The notes: generated from the letters alone by a model not told the origin. A DNA stretch of 64,000 nucleotides from an uncultured Prevotella sp. (GCA_946534285.1 CAMNCJ010000007.1:23219-87218), one strand, 5' to 3'. Positions 40,101 to 50,918 are shown, numbered from the stretch's first letter. Program-made: numbers and translations.

Positions 40101-40550
40101 ATGGACAAGTATCAATATAAAGTGAACGGCATCGACTATGACGTGGAAATAGAAGATGTTGATGGCAGCATCGCAAAAGTAAAAGTGAACGGAAAATCGT
40201 TCGAAGTAGAACTCAAAGAACCTGTAAAGGCCAAGCCCAAGGTGAGCAAGGTTACTCCAGTTGCTCCTGCTGCAGCCGCTGCTGCTACAAGCACACCGGC
40301 TCCAGTCCAGGCCAAAGCGACTGCCAATCCTGGTTCAGGAACAAAGGTATCTGCCCCGCTACCCGGTACGATTACAGAGATTAAGGTGGCCGTTGGACAG
40401 GCTGTGAAGGCTGGCGACACCGTTGTCATCCTGGAAGCCATGAAAATGCAAAACAACATTGAAGCAGAAAACAGCGGAACCGTTACATCCATTCTTGTCA
40501 ACAAAGGCGACACAGTTATGGAAGGCACTGCCCTGCTCACCATCGGATAA
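40101..40550 (+). CDS. Biotin carboxyl carrier subunit of Na+-translocating decarboxylase (MmdC-like)
   Basis: EAMKM biotinylation motif, Ala/Pro linker. Confidence 0.93.
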   Translation: MDKYQYKVNGIDYDVEIEDVDGSIAKVKVNGKSFEVELKEPVKAKPKVSKVTPVAPAAAAAATSTPAPVQAKATANPGSGTKVSAPLPGTITEIKVAVGQAVKAGDTVVILEAMKMQNNIEAENSGTVTSILVNKGDTVMEGTALLTIG

Positions 40551-40572
40551 AATATAAAAACGACATAGGAAA

Positions 40573-41730
40573 ATGACTTTTGCAGAATTTATCATATCCA
40601 ACTTCAATGAGTTCCTCACGTATACTGGCTTTGCCAATCTTACGATACCGAACCTCATTATGATAGCAGTAGGTGCTTTCTTCATCTGGCTTGCCATCAA
40701 GAAAGACTTTGAACCACTGCTGCTCGTTCCCATCGGACTTGGAATCATCCTTGGCAACATCCCGTTTCGTGCCGATGCCGGACTTGAAATAGGCCTCTAT
40801 GAAGACAACTCCGTGCTGAATATCTTCTATCAAGGTGTGAGACAAGGATGGTATCCCCCACTCATCTTCCTTGGAATCGGTGCTATGACCGACTTCTCCG
40901 CACTGATTGCCAACCCAAAACTGATTCTGATTGGTGCAGCAGCCCAGTTTGGTATTTTCGGAGCATACATGCTTGCACTTGCATTGGGATTTGAACCGAA
41001 CCAGGCAGCAGGTATTGCCATCATCGGTGGTGCCGACGGACCAACGGCCATCTTCCTTTCTTCAAAGACGGCTCCCAACCTAATGGGTGCCATTGCGGTT
41101 TGCGCTTATTCGTATATGGCACTGGTTCCTGTAATCCAGCCATTCGTAATGCGCATGATGACTACCAAGAAAGAGAGGCTTATCCGTATGAAACCAGTTA
41201 GAAATGTCAGCCAGACAGAACGCATCCTGTTCCCGATCATCGGTCTGCTCATGACAACTTTCATCGTTCCTTCTGGTCTGCCACTGCTTGGAATGCTCTT
41301 TTTCGGCAATCTGCTGAAAGAATCTGGTAAGACCACACGTTTGGCAAAGACTGCTGGCAATGCCTTGAACGACATCGTCGTGATGCTGCTGGGTCTGACC
41401 GTAGGTTGCTCCACACAAGCCAGCGAATTCCTTACGCTGAACACCATCTATATTTTTGCCATCGGAGCAGGTGCCTTCTTCGTTGCCACGATGAGTGGAG
41501 TCGGCTTCGTGAAAATCATGAATCTGTTCTTGCCGAAAGGAAAGAAGATTAACCCGCTGATTGGTAATGCGGGTGTGTCAGCCGTACCAATGGCTGCCCG
41601 AATCTCGAACAATCTCGGTCTGGAATATGACCGTCACAATTTCCTGCTCATGCACGCCATGGGTCCGAATGTGGCAGGTGTTATCGGTTCAGCAGTAGCC
41701 GCAGGTGCTCTTCTCGGATTCCTGCAATAA
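40573..41730 (+). CDS. oadB: Na+-translocating decarboxylase beta subunit (OadB/MmdB)
   Basis: FLGIGAMTDF, IAIIGGADGPT, HAMGPNVAGVIGSA. Confidence 0.95.
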   Translation: MTFAEFIISNFNEFLTYTGFANLTIPNLIMIAVGAFFIWLAIKKDFEPLLLVPIGLGIILGNIPFRADAGLEIGLYEDNSVLNIFYQGVRQGWYPPLIFLGIGAMTDFSALIANPKLILIGAAAQFGIFGAYMLALALGFEPNQAAGIAIIGGADGPTAIFLSSKTAPNLMGAIAVCAYSYMALVPVIQPFVMRMMTTKKERLIRMKPVRNVSQTERILFPIIGLLMTTFIVPSGLPLLGMLFFGNLLKESGKTTRLAKTAGNALNDIVVMLLGLTVGCSTQASEFLTLNTIYIFAIGAGAFFVATMSGVGFVKIMNLFLPKGKKINPLIGNAGVSAVPMAARISNNLGLEYDRHNFLLMHAMGPNVAGVIGSAVAAGALLGFLQ

Positions 41731-41767
41731 GCAATACGGGGACAGTACCCTGTAAAAAACAACCGGC

Positions 41768-41831
41768 GCGGCATTCAAAGAGAATAACACATTCTTATCT
41801 TTGTGTATCTCTCTTTGAATGCCGCTTTTTT
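41768..41831 (+). terminator. Intrinsic terminator after oadB
   Basis: 16-bp stem GCGGCATTCAAAGAGA/TCTCTTTGAATGCCGC plus T-tract. Confidence 0.8.
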
Positions 41832-41967
41832 ATGGCTAAAACTCCATACAATCCGGTCACGAAAGAACAGGTTGAATAGATATGAAAACGCAAATAGTGG
41901 CCTCAGAATGCTCTGATATTAAAAATTAATTGTATCTTTGCAAAGAATTATCAGAAACCACGTGGAA

Positions 41968-42564
41968 ATGAAAATGATGCAAGGAAGGCCCAAAATGGCA
42001 ATTATTGATTCCAACACACTCAGCGTGATGGGATTGAGAAGTTTATTGCAGGAAGTAATGCCCATCGTCACTGTGGACTATTTCAACACCTTTGACGAAC
42101 TGCTGGAGAATGAGCCAGAACAATATTTTCATTATTTCGTTGCCATGAACATCCTGCTCGACAACCTGCCTTTCTTCCAGGAACACCAACGAAAAACCAT
42201 CGTGCTCATTGCTTCCCATAACACACAGATATGCAATTTCCACTGCCTGCGCATCAATGTTCCCGAAAAGGAATTATTGAAATCTATTCTCGCCATGGTG
42301 CAAGGCGCCCATCCCCATGGAAAGAACATGCCTTCTATGCCTCAAGTATTGCAGAAAAAGATATTGTCAAACCGAGAACTTGAAGTGCTTTCGCTCATTG
42401 TGCAAGGCTTCATCAACAAAGAAATTGCCGACAAATTAAATATTGGACTGGCCACAGTCATCACACATCGCCGCAACATCATGGACAAATTGGGGATGAA
42501 AAGCGTAAGTGCCCTCACCATCTATGCGGTGATGCACGGCTATGTTGACATCAACAAGATATAG
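41968..42564 (+). CDS. LuxR-family HTH regulator with degenerate receiver-like N-terminus
   Basis: LSNRELEVL..IVQG..NKEIA.KL.I...TV.THRRNIM.KLG; -7 box at 41933-41940. Confidence 0.9.
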   Translation: MKMMQGRPKMAIIDSNTLSVMGLRSLLQEVMPIVTVDYFNTFDELLENEPEQYFHYFVAMNILLDNLPFFQEHQRKTIVLIASHNTQICNFHCLRINVPEKELLKSILAMVQGAHPHGKNMPSMPQVLQKKILSNRELEVLSLIVQGFINKEIADKLNIGLATVITHRRNIMDKLGMKSVSALTIYAVMHGYVDINKI

Positions 42565-42622
42565 GAAATACTGCTTTAAAACGAGATTAGGCGCAGCCCA
42601 AGCACCACTTACATATCTTTCC

Positions 42623-43579
42623 TTACAGTTTTACGGAACTGATGTCCACCAAATTGTTCACAATAGCATAAATCGTGAGACCAGCCGGACTGTGTATCTG
42701 CAGTTTCCGTGCGATATTCCGGCGGTGAGTAATCACTGTATTGGTCGAGATGCACAGATGATCGGCTATCTCCTTGTTCGTCATTCCCTGAACAAGACTC
42801 ACGATGACATCCTTCTCCCGGTCGCTGAGCGCCTCACTACTTTCAGGAGTCTGGTTTATCATTTTGGAAATATTCACTGAGACATCGTTCTGCCGCAACT
42901 TTTTCTCGAGCATTCTAATCGTCGGAATAAAAATATAATCTTCCACTTTTGCATGTTGACCAAGCCACTCTTCATTCTTGTAGAGATCGTACAGCACTGC
43001 CATCAGGCGATTGTTGCGTTGCGGGTCAGAGGGCAGATACTTGATAATGATATTCTTCAGTTCTCGCAGTTTCTGCGTTGTTTGCCCATGGTGCTTGGAG
43101 AAAGTCTCAATATCATAGTCACCCGTAGATTCTCCTTTCAGCAGTTTATCTACGTAAGGAAACACATTGTGCTCCTCATATTTCATGTGGCTTCTGATTT
43201 CCTGCGCATAACGATCATACATTTTCATGATTAACCGTGCAAGATTATCATTCTCGTCCAGTGCCTCTTGCAGTTCCTCTCGAATCTCTGACAATTGGAA
43301 ATTCAGGAAATACTCATGAGATGCTTTCAGATAATGCAGCAACGTCGGAACCGACATGCGGCTTGTATCTTCTGACACACTATAGCCATTAACGGAAAAA
43401 TTCACAATCGCAAGGAATGTATAAGCATCCACTCCCTGATCTTCGCAAACCTCTCTGACGCTTTTGTCGCCAAAACCGAGATTGATCCCGAAACGTCCCA
43501 AACTCTCCAGCAAACTGTAGTTGTCTGCAATCAAATGAACCATTTTATCCTCTGGCTCATACAATTTCTGATTTCTCAT
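42623..43579 (-). CDS. Hemerythrin (RIC/ScdA-like) domain + LuxR HTH regulator
   Basis: H-x-Y, HMKYEE...FP and HAKVED..FIP di-iron motifs; C-terminal LSDREKDV...HRRNI. Confidence 0.85.
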   Translation of the reverse strand: MRNQKLYEPEDKMVHLIADNYSLLESLGRFGINLGFGDKSVREVCEDQGVDAYTFLAIVNFSVNGYSVSEDTSRMSVPTLLHYLKASHEYFLNFQLSEIREELQEALDENDNLARLIMKMYDRYAQEIRSHMKYEEHNVFPYVDKLLKGESTGDYDIETFSKHHGQTTQKLRELKNIIIKYLPSDPQRNNRLMAVLYDLYKNEEWLGQHAKVEDYIFIPTIRMLEKKLRQNDVSVNISKMINQTPESSEALSDREKDVIVSLVQGMTNKEIADHLCISTNTVITHRRNIARKLQIHSPAGLTIYAIVNNLVDISSVKL

Positions 43580-43775
43580 CGCACTGTATTTTATTTTGCA
43601 AAAGTACGAAAAAGAAATGAAAGACAAACAGAATGGTGCGTTTTTTTATGCAATTTAAAACTCCCACATGCAATTAATGATACTTTTGAAAACCAATAGT
43701 GCCCCTTCACTGGTGACACAGACACCCACTACAGATGACAGAGAAAACGGCTGTGCTACGCATACATTATATATT

Positions 43776-43811
43776 ATTAATGCCTGTGAACGGATGTCCA
43801 CAGGCATTAAT
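43776..43811 (-). terminator. Hairpin downstream of rny
   Basis: ATTAATGCCTGTG/CACAGGCATTAAT 13-bp stem. Confidence 0.65.
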
Positions 43812-43844
43812 ACATAAAAAATATTCTTTTTTTACGCTTGCTGT

Positions 43845-45380
43845 TTATTTTGCATAGGCAACTGAGCGTGTCTCGCGAATCACGGTAATCTTAACTTGTC
43901 CAGGATAAGTCATTTCATTCTGAATCTTTGTTGCGATTTCTCCAGACAGTGCTTCGGTCTCTTTGTCATCCATCTTGTCTGCACCTACGATTACGCGGAG
44001 TTCGCGTCCAGCCTGGATGGCATACGTCTTCGTAACACCAGGATAACTCATGGCTATCGCCTCCAAGTCATTCAGTCGTTTGATATATGCCTCCACAATC
44101 TCACGACGTGCGCCGGGACGTGCTCCAGAGATAGCATCGCATACCTGCACAATAGGAGCCAGCAGCGTGTTCATCTCCATCTCATCATGGTGGGCTCCGA
44201 TTGCATTGCAGATATCAGGCTTCTCCTTATACTTCTCTGCAATCTTGGCACCATAGAGAGCATGAGGCAACTCGCTCTCCTCGTCTGGCACCTTACCAAT
44301 ATCGTGCAACAGACCGGCACGCTTGGCTTTCTTGGGATTCAATCCCAGTTCTGATGCCATGACAGCACAAAGATTTGCCGTCTCACGAGCATGCTGCAAC
44401 AAGTTCTGTCCATAACTGCTGCGATATTTCATCTTACCAATGATGCGAATCAACTCTGGATGCAACCCATGGATACCGAGGTCAATGGCGGTACGCTTAC
44501 CCGTCTCCACCACTTCATTCTCAATTTGCTTCTTCACCTTGGCCACAACTTCCTCAATGCGGGCGGGATGTATACGACCGTCAGCCACCAACTGGTGGAG
44601 TGCCAAGCGGCAAACCTCACGGCGAATAGGATCAAATGCCGAGATAACAATTGCTTCAGGAGTGTCGTCAACCACGATTTCCACACCTGCCGCAGCCTCC
44701 AATGCTCTGATATTTCGTCCTTCGCGTCCGATGATTCTACCCTTCACCTCATCGTTGTCGATATGGAAAACACTCACGGAATTCTCTATTGCAGTTTCGG
44801 TGGCCACACGCTGAATGGTCTGGATAACGATTTTCTTTGCCTGTGCATTTGCATTCAGTTTGGCTTCGTCAACAATCTCGTTGATATAACTTGCTGCATC
44901 CGTGCGTGCCTCATCTTTCAAACTCTCTACAAGCCGGTTTTTAGCCTCCTCTGCGCTCAAGCCAGACAATTCCTCCAACTTAGCACGCTCCTGCAATTGC
45001 ATTTTCTCCAGTTCCTCCTGCTTCACTTGCAGCAGTTTCTTCTCGTTATCAACACGCTGTTGCTGCTGTTCCACATCCTGCTTTCTGCGCGACAATTCAT
45101 CCTGACGCTGGTTAAGGCTTATCTCGCGCTGCTTCAGGCGATTTTCGTTCTGCTGAATCTTCTGGTTTCGCTGTTGAACTTCTTTTTCAAGTTCCGATTT
45201 TTTATTAAGGAATTTTTCCCTGACTTCCAAAAGTTTTTTCTCTTTCAGTACTTCTGCTTCCTTATTTGCTGCGGCTAACATTTCATTATACTTGCCAGTT
45301 GCAACATAACGGAAAACCAAATATCCGCAAACACCGCCTATAATCAGGCCTGCCACTGCGATAATAATCATTAAACTCAT
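43845..45380 (-). CDS. rny: Ribonuclease Y
   Basis: N-terminal TM, coiled coil, KH domain ([12 protein letters not shown]), HD domain (GLLHDIGK). Confidence 0.97.
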   Translation of the reverse strand: MSLMIIIAVAGLIIGGVCGYLVFRYVATGKYNEMLAAANKEAEVLKEKKLLEVREKFLNKKSELEKEVQQRNQKIQQNENRLKQREISLNQRQDELSRRKQDVEQQQQRVDNEKKLLQVKQEELEKMQLQERAKLEELSGLSAEEAKNRLVESLKDEARTDAASYINEIVDEAKLNANAQAKKIVIQTIQRVATETAIENSVSVFHIDNDEVKGRIIGREGRNIRALEAAAGVEIVVDDTPEAIVISAFDPIRREVCRLALHQLVADGRIHPARIEEVVAKVKKQIENEVVETGKRTAIDLGIHGLHPELIRIIGKMKYRSSYGQNLLQHARETANLCAVMASELGLNPKKAKRAGLLHDIGKVPDEESELPHALYGAKIAEKYKEKPDICNAIGAHHDEMEMNTLLAPIVQVCDAISGARPGARREIVEAYIKRLNDLEAIAMSYPGVTKTYAIQAGRELRVIVGADKMDDKETEALSGEIATKIQNEMTYPGQVKITVIRETRSVAYAK

Positions 45381-45409
45381 TGTTGTTCTTTATTGTATGT
45401 TAATATTCT

Positions 45410-45703
45410 CTATAATACTGCCTCGATTTCCTTTGTCAGCCTCTTGAGAATATCATCATACTCGCTCGTGTCGTTATGCCCTTTTTCACTTTCATACTTC
45501 AGGGCGATTACCAACATGGCAGCATACAGTATTTCCTTTTCGCTCTTCTTTCCTTTCAGAAGCCCGGAATAGGTGTTTACTGTATCATTGATAAGTTTCG
45601 CAGCGTTACGATAATAGATTTCTTCATCGCGGTTTACCTTTACCGCCATGTCAGTATCGTAAAGATGCAATCTTATGTGTAATTTGTCGTTCTCTTCAGC
45701 CAT
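45410..45703 (-). CDS. zapA: Cell division protein ZapA
   Basis: 97 aa, EEIYYRNAAKLIN; conserved position upstream of rny. Confidence 0.8.
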   Translation of the reverse strand: MAEENDKLHIRLHLYDTDMAVKVNRDEEIYYRNAAKLINDTVNTYSGLLKGKKSEKEILYAAMLVIALKYESEKGHNDTSEYDDILKRLTKEIEAVL

Positions 45704-45744
45704 TGCCAGGAATTGTTTTCACTTCTGCTGCCATGCAGCATCCG

Positions 45745-46038
45745 TCATTTTTCACTCAGCAGTGTAATACATTTGTCAACCTCTTTAATCATGGATGCCA
45801 GCCGTTTTTTTGCCGAATCGACGTCGCCGTCGGTGATTTCCACCATCCTTGCCATTTTGAGGCTGTTATAGTCCTTCTGAGCCTGATCCAATTTTTCCTT
45901 TAACTCTTTAATCTCCGCATCACGCGAATCCACCATTGCATAAAGATCCTCATTCTCCTTTTTCACCTCTTGGTGTTGGAGAATCATCTGCCTCATGCGG
46001 GTAGTGAAAAGGGTTAATATCTTATTGTCTTCGCCCAT
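45745..46038 (-). CDS. Coiled-coil hypothetical protein (ZapB-like position)
   Basis: Heptad-rich sequence, upstream of zapA. Confidence 0.65.
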   Translation of the reverse strand: MGEDNKILTLFTTRMRQMILQHQEVKKENEDLYAMVDSRDAEIKELKEKLDQAQKDYNSLKMARMVEITDGDVDSAKKRLASMIKEVDKCITLLSEK

Positions 46039-46109
46039 CCGGAAATAATTTGTGGCAAAGTTAATAAAATATTCTGATACCACAAAATTTATCCAACGAA
46101 AAACGCTAA

Positions 46110-46733
46110 TTATTTATCAGCAACGGGCTTTGGCTCCTTTTTTGCGAGCATTACCACCTGATATACGAAATCGGTCACCCACTTTTGAGAGAAGCCGAGC
46201 CGCTTGTTATATTGACGGATGGCAGCCACGGTCTTCAAGACACCGGCATCGGTGAAATCATTCTTTGTGAAGATGTCGTTCACGGTCTTCTCCGTCAGTG
46301 TATAGATTACTTTCTTGAAGAATGAAGGAACACGGAGTTTGAATTTCATCAAATTGCCCGTGAGCATCATAATGTCCTGAGAAAAGTTCTGGAACTGAAT
46401 AAGATATGTCTGCACATCCTGCATCTTCCGGCAGTTCTTATTCACGCTCTGGTCTATCTCTTTGAAGAACAGGTCGTCAACCTTATACAAATCGCGCAAC
46501 ATTTTGCGGCAATGGACTTTTTCGCCTACACCAAGTTTATTCTTTACGGTAGGAACCCGCAATGTGGTTTTAAACATCCTCAAGTCAGGCAACATGGCCA
46601 GATTCGTGATGCTGGCACTTTCTGCAATTGCAGCCTGAAAATATACCCTTACGAGTGTCATGAAATCCTCCATGCCACCAGTTTTCTGTTCACTGGAATT
46701 GTTACGTCTGAAAATCTTGTCAAATATTCCCAT
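46110..46733 (-). CDS. Hypothetical protein
   Basis: 207-aa ORF with -7 box TACTTTTG at 46763-46770 (minus). Confidence 0.7.
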   Translation of the reverse strand: MGIFDKIFRRNNSSEQKTGGMEDFMTLVRVYFQAAIAESASITNLAMLPDLRMFKTTLRVPTVKNKLGVGEKVHCRKMLRDLYKVDDLFFKEIDQSVNKNCRKMQDVQTYLIQFQNFSQDIMMLTGNLMKFKLRVPSFFKKVIYTLTEKTVNDIFTKNDFTDAGVLKTVAAIRQYNKRLGFSQKWVTDFVYQVVMLAKKEPKPVADK

Positions 46734-46848
46734 TTCTTGTATAATCTTAAATAAAACGTTTGCAAAAGTACACCTATTTTGTCAAAAAACAAAATAATTT
46801 TTGATTATTATGGATATTCTTATTATCTTTGCATAAAATTTTGCAATT

Positions 46849-47739
46849 ATGAAAGGAATCGTATTAGCAGGAGGAAGTGGAACGCGCCTCTACCCGATTA
46901 CGAAAGGTATCAGCAAGCAGTTGATACCTATCTTTGATAAACCTATGATTTATTACCCGATTTCTGCATTAATGTTGGCAGGAATCAAAGACATACTCAT
47001 CATCTCAACACCATACGACCTGCCCGGCTTTAAGCGGTTGCTTGGTGACGGATCAGAATTGGGTGTTCATTTTGCATATGCAGAACAACCCAGCCCCGAC
47101 GGGCTTGCTCAAGCATTTATCATTGGCGAGGATTTTATCGGCACCGACGCCTGCTGTCTGGTCCTCGGTGACAACATCTTCCATGGCGCAGGCTTTACTT
47201 CTTTGTTAAAACAAAGCGTAATCGATGCTGAGCAACATGGAAAAGCAACAGTCTTTGGCTATTGGGTTAACGACCCGGAACGCTATGGTGTCGCCGAGTT
47301 TGACCAAGAAGGGAAATGCCTTTCCATCGAAGAGAAGCCAAAGAATCCCAAAAGCAACTATGCTGTTGTGGGCCTTTATTTCTATCCCAACAGTGTAGTC
47401 AGCATTGCCAAGCAAATCAAGCCGAGTGCTCGAGGTGAGTTGGAAATTACTTCCGTGAATCAAGAGTATCTCAAAAAAGGAGAATTGCAAGTAAAACCAT
47501 TCCAGCGCGGCTTTGCGTGGTTGGACACTGGAACTCATGACAGCCTGTCAGAAGCAAGCACATTTATTGAAGTTATTGAAAAGCGCCAAGGACTGAAAAT
47601 CGCCTGTTTAGAGGAAATAGCCTTCAAACGCGGGTGGATTACCGCAGACAAATTGCGGGAAGTGGCAGCGCCGATGGCAAAAAACGATTATGGGAAATAT
47701 TTATTGATGCTGGCCTCCAAGTTTTCAAACGGACAATAA
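46849..47739 (+). CDS. rfbA: Glucose-1-phosphate thymidylyltransferase
   Basis: [36 protein letters not shown]; -7 box at 46824-46831. Confidence 0.97.
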   Translation: MKGIVLAGGSGTRLYPITKGISKQLIPIFDKPMIYYPISALMLAGIKDILIISTPYDLPGFKRLLGDGSELGVHFAYAEQPSPDGLAQAFIIGEDFIGTDACCLVLGDNIFHGAGFTSLLKQSVIDAEQHGKATVFGYWVNDPERYGVAEFDQEGKCLSIEEKPKNPKSNYAVVGLYFYPNSVVSIAKQIKPSARGELEITSVNQEYLKKGELQVKPFQRGFAWLDTGTHDSLSEASTFIEVIEKRQGLKIACLEEIAFKRGWITADKLREVAAPMAKNDYGKYLLMLASKFSNGQ

Positions 47740-47824
47740 ACAAACATAACACGTACAATTATAAATATATAGAAGTGCCATCAAGACACGAATTTCTTAA
47801 GGTGTAATTAAACAAAACAAGAAT

Positions 47825-50389
47825 ATGATTGAAGAAGCAAACAACATTCAAACCGAGATTATCGAAGAAGAAACCTCGTCATTTAATTTTGGATCCATTT
47901 ACAAAGCGCTAATCCTGAACTGGTATTGGTTCTTGCTGTCGCTCATCATCTGTATGGGAGCGGCATTCTTATACTTGCGCTACACCACCCCCAACTACAA
48001 TGCATACGCCAAGATGCTGATCAAAGACGATGATGGCGGACGCAGAAGAAGCACGGGACTTCAGAGTATGGAAAACCTGGGACTAATGACACAAAGCCTT
48101 GGCATCCAGAATGAAATGCAGGTTCTTTCATCAAGTATTCTGGCAGCAGATGCCGTGCGCGACCTGAAACTTTATGTCAACTACTATCTGGAAGGCCGCG
48201 TAACTGGCAACATACTTTATAAGGACCAGCCGATTACCGTGGATATTGATCCCGAACACCTGGAGAGACTCAACTCCCCCGTCAATCTTTCAATCACCAG
48301 GGTGGGCAACAAATATGAGGTAACAGGCGTATACAATGTGCCGTTAGACGAGTACAACATGCGTGGTCCGTACGGAATCAAGCGCACCATCACGCAGTTT
48401 CCTACAATGATTCGCACCAATGCTGGATATATCACGTTTAATGCCACAGGAAAGAACCTGTTGCCCGAAGGCAGAACTATGCGTGTCAGCATCTGTTCTC
48501 CGCGCATGATGGCTGGCAAATATGCCGGATCACTTTCTGTTTCTCAGAAAACGGAAGAGTCTTCCGTGCTCACTCTTTCTCTTGTTGATCAGGTTCCACG
48601 TCGTGCTATGGATTACCTGAACCAATTGGTTGTATGCTATAACCGACAGGCTAATGCCGACAAGAATGAAGTTGCCGTGCGTACAGAAGAGTTTATCAAT
48701 GAGCGTCTGACCAAGATCAATGGAGAATTAGGTAGCACAGATGGTGCTTTGGAGAGTTACAAGCGCCGCAATCGTTTGGTGGAACTGAAGACCGATGCTC
48801 GCGAATCATCCGCCAACGCATCTGCCTACGAGCAAAAACTCAATGATATCAACACTCAAATCGCATTGATTGACGACGTATCAAGTGCCGTCAACACATC
48901 TAATCGCTCTCAGTTGCTCCCAACAGTGGGCTTGCAGGATGCTTCTGCCAATCAGTTGATCAACGAGTACAACAAAATCGCGATGGATCGTAACAGGTTA
49001 TTACGTACTGCGGCAGAGAACAGCCCAATCGTTGAACCACTGACTGAGCAACTTGATGAAATAAACAGCAGCATAAAACAATCGCTGGCGCAGGCACGTC
49101 GCAACGCCATCATTCAGCGCAATGCCATTGCCACTCAGCACGGGCAATACACAGGAGAAATCAGTCGCACGCCAGAACAAGAGCGTATTCTGACACAGAT
49201 CGGTCGTCAGCAAGAAGTGAAGAGCGGTCTTTACCTGATGCTTCTCCAGAAACGTGAGGAGAACTCTATTTCACTGGCAGCGACTGCCGACAAGGGAAAG
49301 TTAATTGAATTGCCAAAGTTCGGAGGTAAGGTCAGCCCTAACAACCGGATGATTTATATTATAGCCCTGGCAATAGCACTGTTGCTTCCAAGTCTTATCA
49401 TCTTCCTCATCAGTTTCTTCAGGTATCGCATTGAAGGTCATGAAGATGTTGCCAAACTTACACCGCTGCCCATTCTGGCTGATGTGGCCGTTGCCAGCGA
49501 TTCCGCAAAGTCAAAGGCAGACATTGTGGTTCATGAGAACAAGAACAACCAAATGGAAGAGATTTTCCGCTCTATGCGTACCAATCTGCAATTCATGCTT
49601 TCAGAAGGACAGAAGGTTATCATGTTTACATCGAGTACCTCTGGTGAAGGAAAAACCTTCAATGCGGCAAACATTGCAGTCAGTTTTGCATTGCTGGGAA
49701 AGAGAGTCATTCTGGTGGGACTGGATATCCGCAAGCCACGTTTGGCAGAACTGCTGGAAATCAAAGACCATCATCACGGTATCACCCCACTGCTCACTCA
49801 CAGTAATCCCACGGTAGATGACGTGAAAGCACAGATATTGTCTTCTGGCATTAACGAGAACCTCGACACACTGATGGCAGGTCCGATTCCCCCCAACCCT
49901 GCTGAGTTGATTGCCCGTCCTTCATTAGACATCGTAATGAATATTCTTCGCGACCTCTACGACTATGTTATCGTCGACACCGCTCCTGTTGGATTGGTAA
50001 CCGATACGCTTCAGATATCACGTGTTTGTGATGTCACCGTATTCGTGTGTCGTGCTGACTATACGCCAAAGAGCAGTTTCCAACTGGTTAACAGTCTGGC
50101 TGCAGAGAAGAAACTTCCCAACATGGCTGTCGTTATCAATGGCATTGATATGTCTAAGAAGAAATACGGCTATTACTATGGATATGGAAGGTATGGAAAA
50201 TACGGACGATACGGATACGGCAAGTATGGTTATGGAAAATATGGGCGATACGGCTCCTATGGACGTTATGGTTACGGACAATATGGCCACGGTGGATATG
50301 GAGCCGGCCAGTACGGCAACTATGGCCAATATGGTAACTATGCCAACAGCCGTTATGGAGAAAAGAACGACGACAGTGTAAAAAGATGA
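47825..50389 (+). CDS. wzc: Wzc polysaccharide co-polymerase / BY-kinase, copy 2, with very long Tyr-Gly tail
   Basis: Walker A SGEGKT, GLDIRKP, YDYVIVDTAP; C-terminal tail with 23 Tyr. Confidence 0.95.
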   Translation: MIEEANNIQTEIIEEETSSFNFGSIYKALILNWYWFLLSLIICMGAAFLYLRYTTPNYNAYAKMLIKDDDGGRRRSTGLQSMENLGLMTQSLGIQNEMQVLSSSILAADAVRDLKLYVNYYLEGRVTGNILYKDQPITVDIDPEHLERLNSPVNLSITRVGNKYEVTGVYNVPLDEYNMRGPYGIKRTITQFPTMIRTNAGYITFNATGKNLLPEGRTMRVSICSPRMMAGKYAGSLSVSQKTEESSVLTLSLVDQVPRRAMDYLNQLVVCYNRQANADKNEVAVRTEEFINERLTKINGELGSTDGALESYKRRNRLVELKTDARESSANASAYEQKLNDINTQIALIDDVSSAVNTSNRSQLLPTVGLQDASANQLINEYNKIAMDRNRLLRTAAENSPIVEPLTEQLDEINSSIKQSLAQARRNAIIQRNAIATQHGQYTGEISRTPEQERILTQIGRQQEVKSGLYLMLLQKREENSISLAATADKGKLIELPKFGGKVSPNNRMIYIIALAIALLLPSLIIFLISFFRYRIEGHEDVAKLTPLPILADVAVASDSAKSKADIVVHENKNNQMEEIFRSMRTNLQFMLSEGQKVIMFTSSTSGEGKTFNAANIAVSFALLGKRVILVGLDIRKPRLAELLEIKDHHHGITPLLTHSNPTVDDVKAQILSSGINENLDTLMAGPIPPNPAELIARPSLDIVMNILRDLYDYVIVDTAPVGLVTDTLQISRVCDVTVFVCRADYTPKSSFQLVNSLAAEKKLPNMAVVINGIDMSKKKYGYYYGYGRYGKYGRYGYGKYGYGKYGRYGSYGRYGYGQYGHGGYGAGQYGNYGQYGNYANSRYGEKNDDSVKR

Positions 50390-50392
50390 TGA

Positions 50393-50815
50393 ATGACGAT
50401 TGCAGTAGACTTTGATGGTACCATAGTAGAACATGCGTACCCTAAAATAGGGCGTGAGATACCATTTGCGGTAGAAACGCTGCACATGCTCCTGAAGGAT
50501 CATCACAAACTGATTCTCTGGTCAGTAAGAGAAGGAGAATTGTTGGATGATGCTGTCAATTGGTGTCGCGATCACGGCATAGAGTTTTATGCCGTGAATC
50601 GCGATTATCCAGAAGAGGAGCAGGAAAAGAACAACCATTTCTCAAGAAAGTTGAAAGTTGACCTGTTTATTGATGACCGCAATGTGGGCGGATTACCTGA
50701 CTGGGGAGTCATCTACGACATGATAAAACATGGCAGGACATGGCAGGACATCATGCACGACAGGCAAGGAACCAACAATCAACCTCCAAAAAAGAAGCAC
50801 TGGTGGTCACGCTGA
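50393..50815 (+). CDS. Minimal HAD-superfamily phosphatase-like protein (BT0820-like)
   Basis: IAVDFDGTIV, LILWSVR, RK..VDLFIDDRN. Confidence 0.8.
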   Translation: MTIAVDFDGTIVEHAYPKIGREIPFAVETLHMLLKDHHKLILWSVREGELLDDAVNWCRDHGIEFYAVNRDYPEEEQEKNNHFSRKLKVDLFIDDRNVGGLPDWGVIYDMIKHGRTWQDIMHDRQGTNNQPPKKKHWWSR

Positions 50816-50918
50816 CCCCAGTGCTTCTTTTTTTATCTCAACATTTGCTTATTACAGCAACACGCTATAAGGAATTGTGATGAGGAACACCATCACGCGT
50901 GCAACCAAGAAGAAACCA

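Noticed and set aside
45381-45409. 6S RNA beside zapA
   Set aside because: The intergenic gaps flanking zapA are only about 30-40 bp.
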